Below are positions 47,901-61,198 of a stretch of DNA of 64,000 nucleotides, piece by piece. Both the position numbers and the translations under genes were made by a program. The DNA lies in contig NW_024704742.1 in NCBI RefSeq assembly GCF_018977255.1, positions 30,072,001 to 30,136,000 on the forward strand, given 5' to 3'. Below the pieces are notes generated by a model. That model was not told where the DNA came from, searched no databases, and was given only the letters and a program-made list of their open reading frames with translations. The number at the start of each line of letters is the position of its first letter. Within the stretch, counting starts at the first letter, position 1. This DNA is from Callorhinchus milii (lineage: Eukaryota).

Positions 47901-50900
47901 CAGTGTCCCAGCCAACATTTGTCCAGACAGATTGGTCATTCACTTCATGGCTATTTTTGAGACCTTGCTGTGCACAGAATGGCTTCTGCATTTGCCGACA
48001 AACACATGGTCACTACCGTCGACAGCATTTTCCTGTGAAATTCTGTCAAGGGTAGACCATTTACTTGTAGTGACCATGCGTTTCTTTGAAATGTTTGACG
48101 TTGTCAGTGCTATAGCAAATGCAAGGACCGTTATTACATTGGATTCCATTATACTTTAGTCAACTGCGTGTTTGTATATAGCATAGGTGGACCGTGAACC
48201 TACAGTATACTAGAAATGTGGTACACTTCCAGATTCTTGTCCTGACTGGCCAGCTTCCTGCATGTGGAGCCCAGGCTCAGAAAGCCTCTGGACTTTATCC
48301 ACGTCCAAGAAACTGTTGGAAATGGCTGTGAGAACAGTTGCCGCTGACCAGCTGGCTTTCTGCGCACTGCATGCACACTCAGTATGCTCAGCTCAGCAAC
48401 TTCATTGGCAATCTTATCACACAGAAGCACTGACAAGCAGCCGCATTACAGCATACCCGATTATAACTCAGGATCTCATTTTACGGACCCAAACCACCAT
48501 GTTCTAATGGATCTGACTGAATTATAAATTCCAAGTCACAGCTGTAATTAAGGGACATTTGTGATACAGATGGCACTGTTACACTTCATTATTATCAGTT
48601 CAGCTCATTTGAAATGCCTGAGGTGATCTACAACACCAGATAACATCAGACAACATCAATGCCACAGTTCAGATTATAAATTTTACACTGTGCTAAATAA
48701 AATAGACTGGATTAGCTGCTGATATTTAGCTTCCCGGTTTTTAAAATGGAAATACTGACCAACAAAACAACAAAATTACATTTGTAAAGTGCCTTTCACG
48801 TCGGGAGGACATCACAGTTTTGAAGCACACATTCGTGGACCAATCGCATATTTGAAAGAAAGATATGCAAGAGTTTTTGGATAATGGTTGAAGAGTTAGG
48901 ACAAGAATGAAGAAATCTGTAGCTTTGGGCATTGCAGAGCACTCTTCATAGTTCACTCGACATGATTGTGAAGTTTCACATTGTAATTTGTATGAATTAT
49001 TCACTATTAAAGTAATCCCTCGGTGCTCCATTAGAGATTGTTTTTCATTCGGATCCCAGTAAAATCCATTGAACAACTGATGGTGAATTTTCTGTAAACA
49101 TCTTATAAGAAGGGAAATAAATGGAATCCATTGAATCCAAATGAAATAAATGGTTAGTGTAAATGAGATGCATTTAGCTGCTATAATGCAAAATGTGAAG
49201 TAATTGGATTATCTGTGGTTAATACCCGACAGTGAAACAAGACTCATATTTGGCCTAATTACTAATTCATGAATCATTTGTCCATTAGAAGCAGTGAAAG
49301 ATAATGAAATCCATAACACACTAGCTAGTAATATAAAGGTATGAATTTTGGTTTATTTATACTAGATTATAGAGGCCGGAGGCTGGAATAAAATAAGATT
49401 GGAAGGCTGTTAGGAGAGAAGTAGGAGGAAAGGAGAAAGCAAATACAGAGAAAGAAAAACAAACCTAAAGCAATTAAAGAATCGAGAGTGAAAAAAAACA
49501 GGATACTCTCAGAATAATGTGGTTGAGTTAGAGGAATAAACAGGGTAAATAAATTCTGAGATTTGAAGATGGACACAAATGTGATCAAAATGTCAGAGGT
49601 TACGAAATGTTTTGGAAGGATAGAAAGCTAGCGAGGACAGTCAAATTTCCAGAAAAAAAATACTGGAAATTCAAGAAGGTACAGGGGTGCCCAGGAAAAA
49701 AAATCACAACATGAAATAGACTCACTAAAAGGAGGAAAGGATTAATAACAGTGAACTGCTTGAGTCCATCCCAGTACAATAATTGCGTACATAGTTTTAC
49801 ATAGAATCTACAACTAGTCCATGACTGTTTGATACACCATGAGTCTCCACCCATCCTAATCTTGGTTTCCCAGCCACCTCCCTCCATACCCCACTATTCC
49901 CTTCTCCCTCATGTAAGCACTGGGTTTCCTCTTACATGCATTGATGCCTTCTGTCATCTTATTCTGCTTCAATAAGGATGATCAATATCAATAAGTTTTA
50001 TAATCAGATCAGAAAGGTGAGTAAGAATGCAACATTAGGTTACTTAATGGCAATACAGGTGAGTATGAGGCAATCCCCAGATGATACCATGCGTTCCTCG
50101 AATCCCGCAGCTCCCTAGTTGGCTTCCAAGCTGATGCTTATATTTGACTCAATGGTGCCTCTAGAATGCACACAGCTTTTCCCTTCTAACAACAACTTGC
50201 AACAACCTCCAGTAACGTATCACTGGAGCAGCTGAGACAGGAGGCAGATACCAATTAATACTGAAAATAAAGTACAGTTTTGTACTGTGAAAAATGTTAT
50301 AGATTGTGTTTAATAGTCCACCACTGCTTTCTTTCCCTGAGCCCACTGTACATTCATTTGTGGATTCTGTCCTATCATCTCCAAAAGTAGAGTGCAGGCA
50401 CTTTTGATGAAGGTATGACTTTATCATGTAAGTAACGCAATTGCATGCAAAAAACTTTGGAGGTTTGTTTTACCGATTGCCGAAATACAAAATAACTGCA
50501 GTGAAGATTATGGAGAGGCCTGAAAATCTAGCAACTTTGCACATTTTTACCAAGTTCACAATCCTTAGTTTAATCGTGACGTATGGCAAAATAAACTTTA
50601 AATATTTTTGTGTATTCATGATGTGTCTCATGTCACTGTGCCAATTGTGCAGTGACACAACTCTTTCTTTTATTCTGGTGCTCATTCTTTTCATCGTGCT
50701 GCAAAGGCAGCAGAAAATCCGACTCCAAGAAGGTTTCTACTGACATTCGGCACAGAGAAATCACCAGACGTCTTTTTATTATGGATTACCAGTGGAAGCA
50801 GGCAGTGCCTCTGCAGGCAAACTGTTATTGTAAATGTAGTTTCACAATCTTATCTCAAAGAAAAGGCCTTTTGCTTTTCTGTTTTTTGCCTTTGCTGGTC

Positions 50901-50926
50901 AGCAGCAGGAGAGACATGTAGGTATA

Positions 50927-52030
50927 TGTTAGAATATACACTTTTTGTATACTGCTAGAATCATAACAGATGTTGTGAATGGGTTAACTTTTGAGCAAGT
51001 TGCTAAAACTAGAGGACCTTGGTTCCATCCCGGGATACTGATAAGAAATAACCAGTCACTTAAAAGGAATGTAGTAATGATCCCACACCACAAAATAATG
51101 AGCACCAGATACAGCTCTAAACTGATCAATCCTCTATCTCAGACACTTAAGGACAATGTGTATGTGCGCTGAGGCACGTACACCCCATGAGGTGTTCACG
51201 TGAACCCGGCATGATTTCGGCAGGTGATCTAATGTCCGCACCATGATTGGACGAACATCGGTATAAGAGTTCCGCTAACTTTGTGAACGGGGCCATCCCG
51301 GGTCGCGGAGACAAGGGTACGGGAGATGGGGCCGTCCCGGGTCGCGGAGACAAGGGTACGGGAGATGGGGCCGTCGCGGAGACAAGGGTACGGGAGATGG
51401 GGCCGTCGCGGAGACAAGGATACGGGAGATGGGGCCGTCCCGGGTCGCGGAGACAAGGGTACGGGAGATGGGGCCGGGTCGCGGAGACAAGGGTATGGGA
51501 GATGGGGCCGGGTCGCGGAGACAAGGGTACGGGAGATGGGGCCGGGTCGCGGAGACAAGGGTACGGGAGATGGGGCCGGGTCGCGGAGACAAGGGTACGG
51601 GAGATGGGGCCGTCGCGGGTCGCGGAGACAAGGGTACGGGAGATGGGGCCATCGCGGAGACAAGGGTACGGGAGATGGGGCCGTCCCGGGTCGCGGAGTC
51701 AAGGGTACGGGAGATGGGGCCGTGCCGGGCTGTGGAGACAAGGGTACGGGAGATGGAAGACAGAGCTAGAAACACTAAGACTGAAGATATCAGATGGAAG
51801 ATTGAAAGCTGTAAGCAAGAAGACTGAAAGCATGAAGAATCAAGCTTGTGTGCTGGAAAGACACAGTGTTGAACTCGAGATATCTACGGTGGTATTATTC
51901 GATTATAAGGTCTGTTGATTGTACCGGCCTTTGGTCTGACCCATCGGGATATTGGGGAATAACGAACGAATAATAATAAAAGTCTGATATCTGGTTGCAA
52001 ACGGATTATGGCTGGTTTTATTTTCTAACA
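50927..52030 (+). mobile_element. Solo LTR (ERV/Gypsy-type), 1104 bp, with internal minisatellite
   Basis: Perfect 8-bp inverted termini TGTTAGAA...TTCTAACA; ATTGG 51246, TATAAG 51262, AATAAA 51975; near-TSD tata/tgta. Confidence 0.72.
51290..51756 (+). repeat. G-rich minisatellite, 13 units of 32/34/39 bp
   Basis: Core gtcgcggagacaagggtacgggagatggggcc, optionally with gg or gtcccgg added. Confidence 0.97.
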
Positions 52031-52057
52031 TGTATATAAAATAATGTATTGCTAATG

Positions 52058-52465
52058 CTTACATTTGATATAGGGCCTTTTGCATCAGGAGGACATGTCA
52101 AAGTGCTTCAAAAGATATACTGTAAAGTGGAGTGATTGTTTTGCTGTGAATGCGGCAGCCAATTTTGTGTACAACAGTGGCACACAAACAGCCATGCAGG
52201 GAACGTAGTTTTATTGGGAGATTGTTGGCCAGGACCCCGAGAACCTCCCTTCTCTTTTCAAATAATATCATGGGATCTTTGACATCCACCTGAACAGGCA
52301 GACCGGACTTTGGTTTAACTTGTCACCTGAAGGCACCTCCAGCAACACAGCACACCCCCAGCACTGCATTGGAGTGTTAGCCAACACGTTATGAGCTCCA
52401 AATTCTGGCATGGGGTTTGAACCCACAACTTTCGAACTCAGAAGTGAGCCAATGGAGCTACAGTG
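52058..52465 (-). mobile_element. Deu-domain SINE, near full length
   Basis: L2-like tail, Deu core catgggatcttt.acatccacctgaacaggcagac, tRNA head ggggtttgaacccacaac. Confidence 0.82.
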
Positions 52466-52829
52466 ACAGATTATGAGGGAGGTGGAGTGTTTCTCCTGGG
52501 AGTGAACCTGGGCCTTTTTTCACTCCCGTTTAGGTGTCCGTATATGCATTTATTGCAGAGAAAGGGCCTAGTCTATTGTTTTGTGAATTAATTAAAAAAT
52601 TGGGATTACCTCCCAAATAAGGGTTGAAAATTAATATGTACTTGCAGAAACTACAAGTCTAATAACACCTTTACAAGCAGATTTTTATAGATACAATGTG
52701 TGATCCTCCACTATTTGAATGCATGGTTTTATGGTGCTTCCTTTTTAGTTTATCTCATTGCAGATTTGAAACCGCTGGCACAGCAGCTCTGCACCTGATT
52801 CTAGTTAGAAAGATCAGCAAGTCAAGTCA

Positions 52830-53168
52830 TCAAAACGTTTCAACTTGCTTCACAGGGAATGCTGTAAATTGTAGTGAATACCAAAAACAGCCACGAAGGG
52901 AATGACAAATTTTATCTGTAGCCAGGATACAAGGAGAAACTCCCTTCTCTTTTCTGAATAGCGCCATGGGATGTTTAACATCCACCTGAACAGGCAGATG
53001 AGACCTCAGTTTAATATCTAAACCAAAGGACGGGATCTCTGACAAAGCAACATTTTAGTACAACCCCAGCGCTGCATTGGAGTGGCAGCCTAATTATAAG
53101 TTCAAAATTCTGACTTTGGGCTTTGAAACCACAACCCTCTGAATCAAACCTATCCACTGAGCCACCTG
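52830..53168 (-). mobile_element. Deu-domain SINE
   Basis: gccatgggatgtttaacatccacctgaacaggcagatgagacctcagtttaa...ccactgagcca. Confidence 0.8.
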
Positions 53169-53912
53169 GCGCAATATCTTTTTTGACAGTGAAATAAAAT
53201 AAAAAGGGCGCTATATAAAGCCAAGTTGTTGACTAAACCAGAGTATGGAGAGTGAATTATATTATAGAAGCAATAATCTGATTATATTCAACTGAATTTA
53301 TTATCAGAGCAATAAGTGGTAGGATATTTATTTGTATTTTCGAAGTACAGTACAGGACTTTGCATAGATAACAGAGCTTTGTCATCACTAACAGTGGGAG
53401 GGAGTATGTTAGAATTTGCAGTATTGATTGTAGAACAGAGTTTTGATTGCACAACAGTTGTTTTTTTTGAGAGTTAATGAAGTTCCTCATTTATTGTTTA
53501 GAACCGTTCGTTGCAATGTTGAAGTGAGAAGTCCTGGCTGCTGAAGTTAAAACGAGTGGCCTTCAGGATGCCTTGATACTAGAAAGGCAGTTCATTTTGT
53601 TAAGACAAAAAAAATTCTATTCTTGAATCTTTGAAATGGAACAACTTTCCTAGTTCTAAGACAAACCTTTATAAAGAGAGCATTAAAATGTTTGATAATA
53701 GCACATTATTTTTACTTCAGCAAGAAGTTTTCTTGTAACAGTGTTTGTGGCTTTTCAAGACTTACTTCCCTTGTACAGCCCACAAAACAAACAAAACAAA
53801 AAAACATTTGCTGCAGCACACACCCAAGTGTTGTGGGTTTGAAGACAATTTTTTTTGGTCAGCTGGGTGTCTGACATGTACGGAAACCCATCACCATGCT
53901 TATGAGTATCCA

Positions 53913-54592
53913 AACAACAACAACAAATTATATTTGTATGGCACCTTTCATGTCAGGAGGATGTTCCAAGATGCTGGACAGTCATGGATTTGCACCTGAG
54001 CTGGAGCTTGGGATCAGGATGGGTGGAGGGGAGGTGGAGGTAGATGAAGACACAGTCGAAGAGGAAGATCTTGAGGCAGGCCTTGAAGGAGGCAAGGGGG
54101 GAACAAGGTGAAGGGACTATGGGATGGAGTTCGAACAGGTGGGGGGCGGAACGGCTGAAGGCCCGACCGAAGAGATCAGTAAGGGGTTAGCAGGTCACAG
54201 AGATGGGGGTGAGCAAGGGTGTGGAGGCTTTAAAAGCCAGGAGGAGAATTTTGCACTCTAACCTCTGGGAAATGGGGAGCCAGTGGAGCCGGATGGGGGT
54301 GATAGGGTCACAGAGTTTAGTGTGAAAGAGGACACGGGTTGCAGAGTTCTGAATAATCTTTAGCTTGTGGAGGGAAGAGTTGGGAAGACCGATAAACAGG
54401 GAGTTAGCGTAATCAAGCCTGGGCGTGATGAATGCGTGAGTGCTCTCAGTCTTGGCCACATGAAGGGAGGGGCAGTAGCGGAGACTGCGATTTTGCAGAA
54501 GTGGGGGAAGGCAGAGCCGGTCATTGCACAAATGTGGGGTTTGAAGGACAGTTGAGGGTCACAAAAATGCCAAGATTCTGTACTGGGAACCA
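53913..54592 (-). mobile_element. L2 LINE 3' fragment
   Basis: HAFITPRLDYANSLFIGLPNSSLHKLKIIQNSATRVL...LHWLPI in ORF 54187..54531; tail at 53913. Confidence 0.88.
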
Positions 54593-57500
54593 AACGTAGA
54601 ATTCCATGCATCCCACCTACAAATGGAAATTCAAGATAAATTGTTGGAATGGAATGGGCACTCTCCTAATTCCGGAAAGTGCTGGCCCGGTTGGTAAGAG
54701 CCAAGGCTTGGGGACCCCAGAGTATGCGTTGGGGTACTGCTGGAGTCTCACCAGCTAAAACTGCATAGCTTAACATTGATACAACTGACTGGCAAGCTTA
54801 ACCACTGATTGTCCAACAAGCTGAGTGATTGAATATTCCTGTGGGTACAGATAAGAATTGGATATTAGTTTTGAATTGCAGTCAGAGTTGTGGCACATCT
54901 TAATCATATCCCAGAGCATTTTTAACTGACCCATGCAATTGAACATTATGGTACTTAAACTCACAATATTTTCAAAGTGTGGAGCGATGCTCTATATGTC
55001 TGAAATTTTTAGTTAATTTTTCCTATCAGCACAAAATCATTCCTTATCATATCTGAATCTACTTTTTATTTCACAGGGTCACAAGAAGGGCTGGGGTGTC
55101 TTGTGAAGTCTAAACGCCTACCCCATGCATGATGGTGAAGAATTAAATACCTTAAACAGGTACATAGCATGTCGGGAAATGTGTTGGAATGTCAATATGC
55201 AGCATCAGAGAGGCAGAATAAAGGTTCAATTCTCTTCTCTCCCCCCAAAATTTGGAGTTCTCAATTTCAGGCAGATTCCTTCAGAAAGGAAGGGTAGGGA
55301 AAATCCTCACCCATAGCCAATTCAGAATAGCATTGGTGAAAGTCTGGAAACAGATCCGTTGCAATTGTATGCGCAAGAAAGACCAAGGAGGGAGTAGAAA
55401 ATAAGATAGATTTCATGTCCTCAAAAAAATTAGAATCTCCGGAGTAGGTCTAGTTCAAACTTTTTTTAAAAAAAAAGTGATCCTTGGTTGTCTAACTTAG
55501 ATATGAAACTGGGACTGCTGAAAACTGGCAGAGACCAAATCTTTATCTAAAACTTAAGAGGAATTTACTTATGTACGAACAACTTGACTCTATGTCTTTC
55601 TAGAAGGTGCATACATTTGTATCTTTTAAATAGCTTTACTCCCACAGATGCTACAACAGAAATTAACTTTGATGTGCTTGAAATTAATTATGCACACAGA
55701 ATTACACTAGTGAAGACAGGAGGTTAAACTACTTGAGGATCTTAATAGATTCCATGCTGAAATTTACGGATGAAATGTAGATCCTTTGGCCATCTTGAGG
55801 AAAACGTTTTGCTGTTTGGAGCACAAGGAATACAAATTTACATTGTATTTTCTCCTGTAGAAATACAGTAAGGCATTTAAATAAACCACTGAATAAAGGC
55901 TGCAGACAGCTTGGATATGCAATCATCTCTATTGCCCAGACAGGCTGAAGGTATTATTTGATAACACTCAATGTTTTACTGATCGTCAGTAAATGTATGA
56001 GGAAAGACTAAAACAAATGGGGCAGAAGGCACAAACTGAGAATTCTGTGAATTAGGATGAAGAAAAAAAAATGGAATAAAAAAAACTTGTGGACTAACCA
56101 TACTTACATTCTCAAAGAGTCTGTCTCACACAATTGAATAACATATGTTGTTTATAGGCGGTGCAACTGTTAGTGATTTGTTGTCTTTTCTCATTCTCTT
56201 TCATGTTTACCAAAAAGCTACACGGTTTTAACGAATTAAATTCCACTCTGCACACTCTGGAATTCCCATGATTTTGCCAAATTGTGCTTACTCTCTGGGA
56301 TTAATTAAACCTGGGGTGGCCAAAAAATCCTCATCCTGTTACATGTTAAATAACATATATGATGTGATGTCTCTCATCATTAGCATCATTGGCAAAAACA
56401 GCATCACATTGTAGTTGAAGAGTTCAATTACTTATTTTGATACGTACTAGAGAGCAGTTGTTATGTGGAATTAAAGCTTGGCCACCAATGATGGGGCAGA
56501 GAGATGAGGGACAGAGTTTGTGGAACAGATGCACTAAATTGGGGAATGTGACGGGAAAATATCACAGAGTAGGGAAGAAATATGGAGGCATTTGAAAGTC
56601 AGAATGAGAATATTGAAATGAATCCACTGGAGAAGAGGGAACCATTGGGGCGTGGCAAAGGTGGAGAGATGAGCACTCAGAGGCTAGTGTGGAGTAACAT
56701 TTAAATTAATTAATCTATTATTTAAAGACCCAGCTTTAAAATTATAAAATCGTGCTGACCCAACTGTCCAGCGCCTTGGGACGTCCTCCCGACGTGAAAG
56801 GCGCTCTATAAATGGAATCTTGTTGTTGTAATAAATCTGGAGAAAAATCCCACAATTCTGGCTACAAGGTTAGGCTAGGTTGCCCTAATGTCACTTCTTC
56901 GCACAGACTGTGCACGTGTGCATTGCACACAAAATCAAATGCTCAGTTGTGGTGTTCTCATGAAAGTTTCTAGCACTAGAAATGCTCCCATGCAGTCACA
57001 CCTAACCAGTCACCTTCCTGTACACTGTAGATATGTGCAAGGAGTGTACTTCAAGTAACCATTGATCCACAGGACACCCATGTTACAAGTAGACTTGCAC
57101 TCTATAAGAGGGTCATGCTGTATTACTGAAGACCGACAGAATTGCCCGGGAGCACAATTTCACACACATTTAAGAAAATCCACCATTTAGCATTCCATTT
57201 CACTTGGAGAGGCTACATGCATATAAAGTGTAAGAAAAACTTTGCATTTTAGAAGATCTTTCATAAGTATAGAAAAGGTGTAACCCACAACATTGCCGAA
57301 GCATAGAAACTGTGAGAATTCTAGGAATTCACCATCAGTGGTATATTCTCTATTCTTTGGGTCTTTTTTTTTTTAAAAAAGATGTGAAGTTGACTGTTTT
57401 ATTTTCACAGGTCAATCATTTACATTTCTTGGTTGTGAAGTGATCACACCCATAGAGCGGTCACAGATAGCGGTCACAAATAATTCATGTGATCTGCTCA

Positions 57501-60500
57501 GTACGTTATATAGAGCAGTCACATTTCTTTTCAAACATTCTGTTTACTTACTTTGTTTGTAAGAAATTAACTTATTCCTAGTGGAACTTAAACAGAACTA
57601 TTTTATCTGTAATTTGTAAGTTCTCTTATTGGTATCTTTATGAGAGCATTAAGTACAAATGGCAAGGTCACCTGCTCTGTCTGGGATAAAATACAATTGT
57701 ACTTCCGTTTTCTATCAACCGAAGCTGTTACTGGGTTGGGATATCAATGGAAATGTCAGATTAATGGAATAGATGATGTTTTGTAAAGTTTTGGTGGAGT
57801 CAAATTGTGAGGGACGTTGCTTTGAATTTCCTCCTTTTTAAATATTGACTTTCCCTTTAATTTTATTAACGTGGAAAATGGTCTCAATGTAATCCCTCAA
57901 CGATTATAAACTGATTAGAAAAAGCACTGAAAGGTGTATTAATGAGGCGAGTACATGGGTTCCTTACTGAGATCTCCTTTCAACTTAGTTCAGCTCATTT
58001 CCACCCTACAGCAAAGCCTTTAGTTACTAACTGAAAAGCAACAAGGATTTATGAACTAATTGCTGGCAATGGTTCAGCAAATGCCTGAGGTTCCAAGCTT
58101 ATTTACTCAGAGGCACTCTCATTAGAATGCTATGGTTGTAGGGTCATGGCTGACTATTGAAACATTTATCTTTTTCATCAAGAGGAAGCTTGACCATTGG
58201 CATAATTCAAAGAGGACTGTGGTTTAGACAGATGAATCATGTAAAAATTGAAACAAGTAGAATTAAAATGAAATAAGCTTTAAATAATCAACATCCGTTA
58301 CTCAGTATTTCCCATTGAGATGCTTTAACTTTAAGCCATTAAATGTACAGCTACATAGTTCACCATATTAACAAACCCTATCTTACAGCATGCCCTGAAA
58401 CACTCTTCCTCTATTCCTCCACCTTGCCCCTTTCTTCCCCATCTTCAGATCGCGCCTGAAAATCTTCTTCGACCGTGCATACGGTCACCTCTCCCCTCCC
58501 ACTGCTCGTCGTTGTGCTCAGTCACTGTCAAGCTTTCGGGGCCACTACCCTCGGTCAGGGGTGCTATATCAATTCAAGTTGTTGTCTCATGCCACCATCT
58601 GTCACAATGAAAGATGTGTAACTACAATTGTGCATTCCCATTTTAGCAGGGGCACCACAGAAGGTACAAAAAAAATTAAATACAATATTTGTATGCAAAA
58701 TGTTGAATTGAATCACATATGTGCTATTCTGACTATGAGCAAATTCCTACAATGTTCCAATAAACACAGATTGTTACTAGGTCCTCGTTCGTTGTGCGTT
58801 GTTTCTGTCCTGTAAGGTACAAGTTTTCTTTTTAGCAATACTGAATGTCACAAGATTACACAAGGTGGGCAATACCTGTAGAGCATACAAATGTACAGAC
58901 TCTAATCAATAGATATGTCAGTAAATTATTGGCTCAGGACTTGTAGGCATGATTGAGTCCACACAACAACAACAACCTGCCCTTATTATATAGAGCCCTT
59001 CATGGCGGACAACATCTCAGAGCGCTTGCACTCAATGCACAGCGCAGTGTTCTTTCTTGGTTAGAGTTCGCTCCATTATTTGTGGCTATTATACATTCCC
59101 CAGTGGCAGGCAAGATCTGTGAAGGCCAGCTAGAGAAAACTGCACCTCTGGCCTATACAGACCGGCTGTCACTCAGCCCACTTGCAACCTAAAAAAAACA
59201 CCGTCTCTGCCTCTGGTGGTATATCTGAGAAACACATCAATAGACAAGGCCTCTTTATTTATGGGCTTGTCGCCAAACTTGCTGAAAGATAAACAGCATG
59301 TGGTACATCACTGCCGGGAAACCTAAAGCACGCACAATCACTTGTATAGCTCTTGGACAATAGCGTCATTGTTAGGCTACATGTTAAAAGTCAATATTGC
59401 TTTCTTACACCTTTGTAATTGAAATGTAAACAAAATAGAGAGTTGGAAGAGTGGATGTGAGAGTCAATCAGAGGATTGTCCTTTCAGCTTGGTCTGAATA
59501 AATCCAATCTGATAAAATGATACCAAGTCTGCTCCATGACTGCTACTACTGCTCTCGTTGGTTTTAGGGGTGGACAGACTATATGGGAAATTTTCCAACT
59601 GCCCGTAAATAGTTCCCGAGCGACTGCATGATTGGCTCCAGGTAATAACTCACTGTAGCCTCTAGTGGGGACCTATCACCCCCGTTCTTGGCAGCTTCAC
59701 TGGCCCTGGTTCCGAGATTGGGCCCGAGATTTTCCTAAGGAGCACACAGATAACCCAACCAATCTTGAAAGAGAACTCAAGGATACCCAAGACTGCACCT
59801 AAGATCGCGCCCAAGAAAAAAAGCAGATTGTACTCTTATTTTTAGGAAAGGTAACAAAAGTGACCCAGGATACAAGACCAGTACATTTGACATTCATTGT
59901 GGGTTTCTTTATGAAGACTCTTATTAAGGATAAAATCAAAGAGCTTTTTAACATCTCATACAAAGGACAGCACCCACAGCACTACACTGAATGTCACACT
60001 CCATGGCTTCCACAGCCCAATGTGCAGATTCAACTCGCAACCTTAAGACCCAGAGCTGCCAGTCGTATCATCTGAGCCAGTCTGACACACAATTTCATTG
60101 TAACACATCCATTGTGATATTGCTGTGACAATTTATATCACATTGAAGAATCAGCAATATCATTCTAGAATATAATCAAGGAGCTCAAATCATTCTTACT
60201 TCTTGTTCCTCATGGCGCTGCACAAATACTGTATATGAGTCAAATATACCTGTGCTATGTTCCTTACCCACACTCTCAACAGAGGCACATTCCAAAAAGC
60301 GTTCCAACCCTCTCACACCATAGTCCTAGCCAAAGAGTTGTTTAAGACTATAACGGAAAAAAAGCATTGAAGGCCAATGAAGGAAAACAGCACAGACTTA
60401 CGTTAGATTCAATACCAGAAGACATGCAAAGCTTTCGATGCCATTCTGATTCCTTTTTTTAAAAAACAGTCCTCATGTGTCTTCTGGTATTGAATCTGAC

Positions 60501-60559
60501 GTAACTCTGTGCCGTTTTCCTTCGTTGGCCTTAAATGCATTTTTCTTTTTGATGAGTTG

Positions 60560-60870
60560 CTTTGTAGCCCCATCCAACCAGGCAGGAGTGCCTTTAAGCA
60601 TGGTACTTTTGCTTTCCATGGACACGCAATTTTCCATTACCTTTATAATGTCAGGACCCTGGGAGAAACTCCCTTGCCTTTTTCAAGTTGTGGCAAACAG
60701 GCAGATTGGACCTCAATTGAATGTCTCATGCAAGAATGCAAAACACTGCACTGGAGTATTATCTTAGACTATGTGAGTTTGAGTTCCGGCAAGGGAGATC
60801 TCAGCTCGTGAGATCAAGTCCCTCAAGCTTCTGACTCAGAGGTGAGAGTGCTACCATCTGAGCCAGCCTG
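60560..60870 (-). mobile_element. Deu-domain SINE (degenerate)
   Basis: gggagaaactcccttg..aacaggcaga..cctc..ttgaatgtctca..cactgcactggagt..tctgactcagaggtgagagtgctacc. Confidence 0.7.
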
Positions 60871-60904
60871 ACACACATTTATGGGGACTCTTATTAAAAG
60901 ATAA

Positions 60905-61198
60905 AATCACAGTGTACCTGGGCAGAAATAAAGTTATAAATGATAGCCAATATGGGTTCATGAAGGCCACGTTTTGCCAATCTAAATTCACTGCTTTTCT
61001 TTGATGGTTTGACAGAGGAACTCAATAAGGCTGTGGACGTTTTATATCTGAATTTTAGTAAGGCCTTTGATCACTTGAGAGGCTGCTACTGAAAGTAAAG
61101 AAGGCAGGAATTAGTGCAAAAGTGTTACAATGTATATGTAACTGGTTGACCAGAAGAACCCAGAGGGGGTGGTGCAGGGACTGTCATCAGACATTGTG
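60905..61198 (+). mobile_element. CR1 LINE reverse transcriptase fragment
   Basis: INDSQYGFMK...AVDVLYLNFSKAFD...RLLLKVKKAGISAKVLQCICNWLTRRTQ, CR1 RT motifs with frameshifts. Confidence 0.8.

Noticed and set aside
51290..51756. CRISPR-like array (32-bp repeats)
   Set aside because: No unique spacers, no cas genes, vertebrate context
51147..51918. Six overlapping ORFs of 125-223 aa with repetitive peptides
   Set aside because: Artefacts of the stop-poor minisatellite; mixed 32/34/39-bp units shift frame continually
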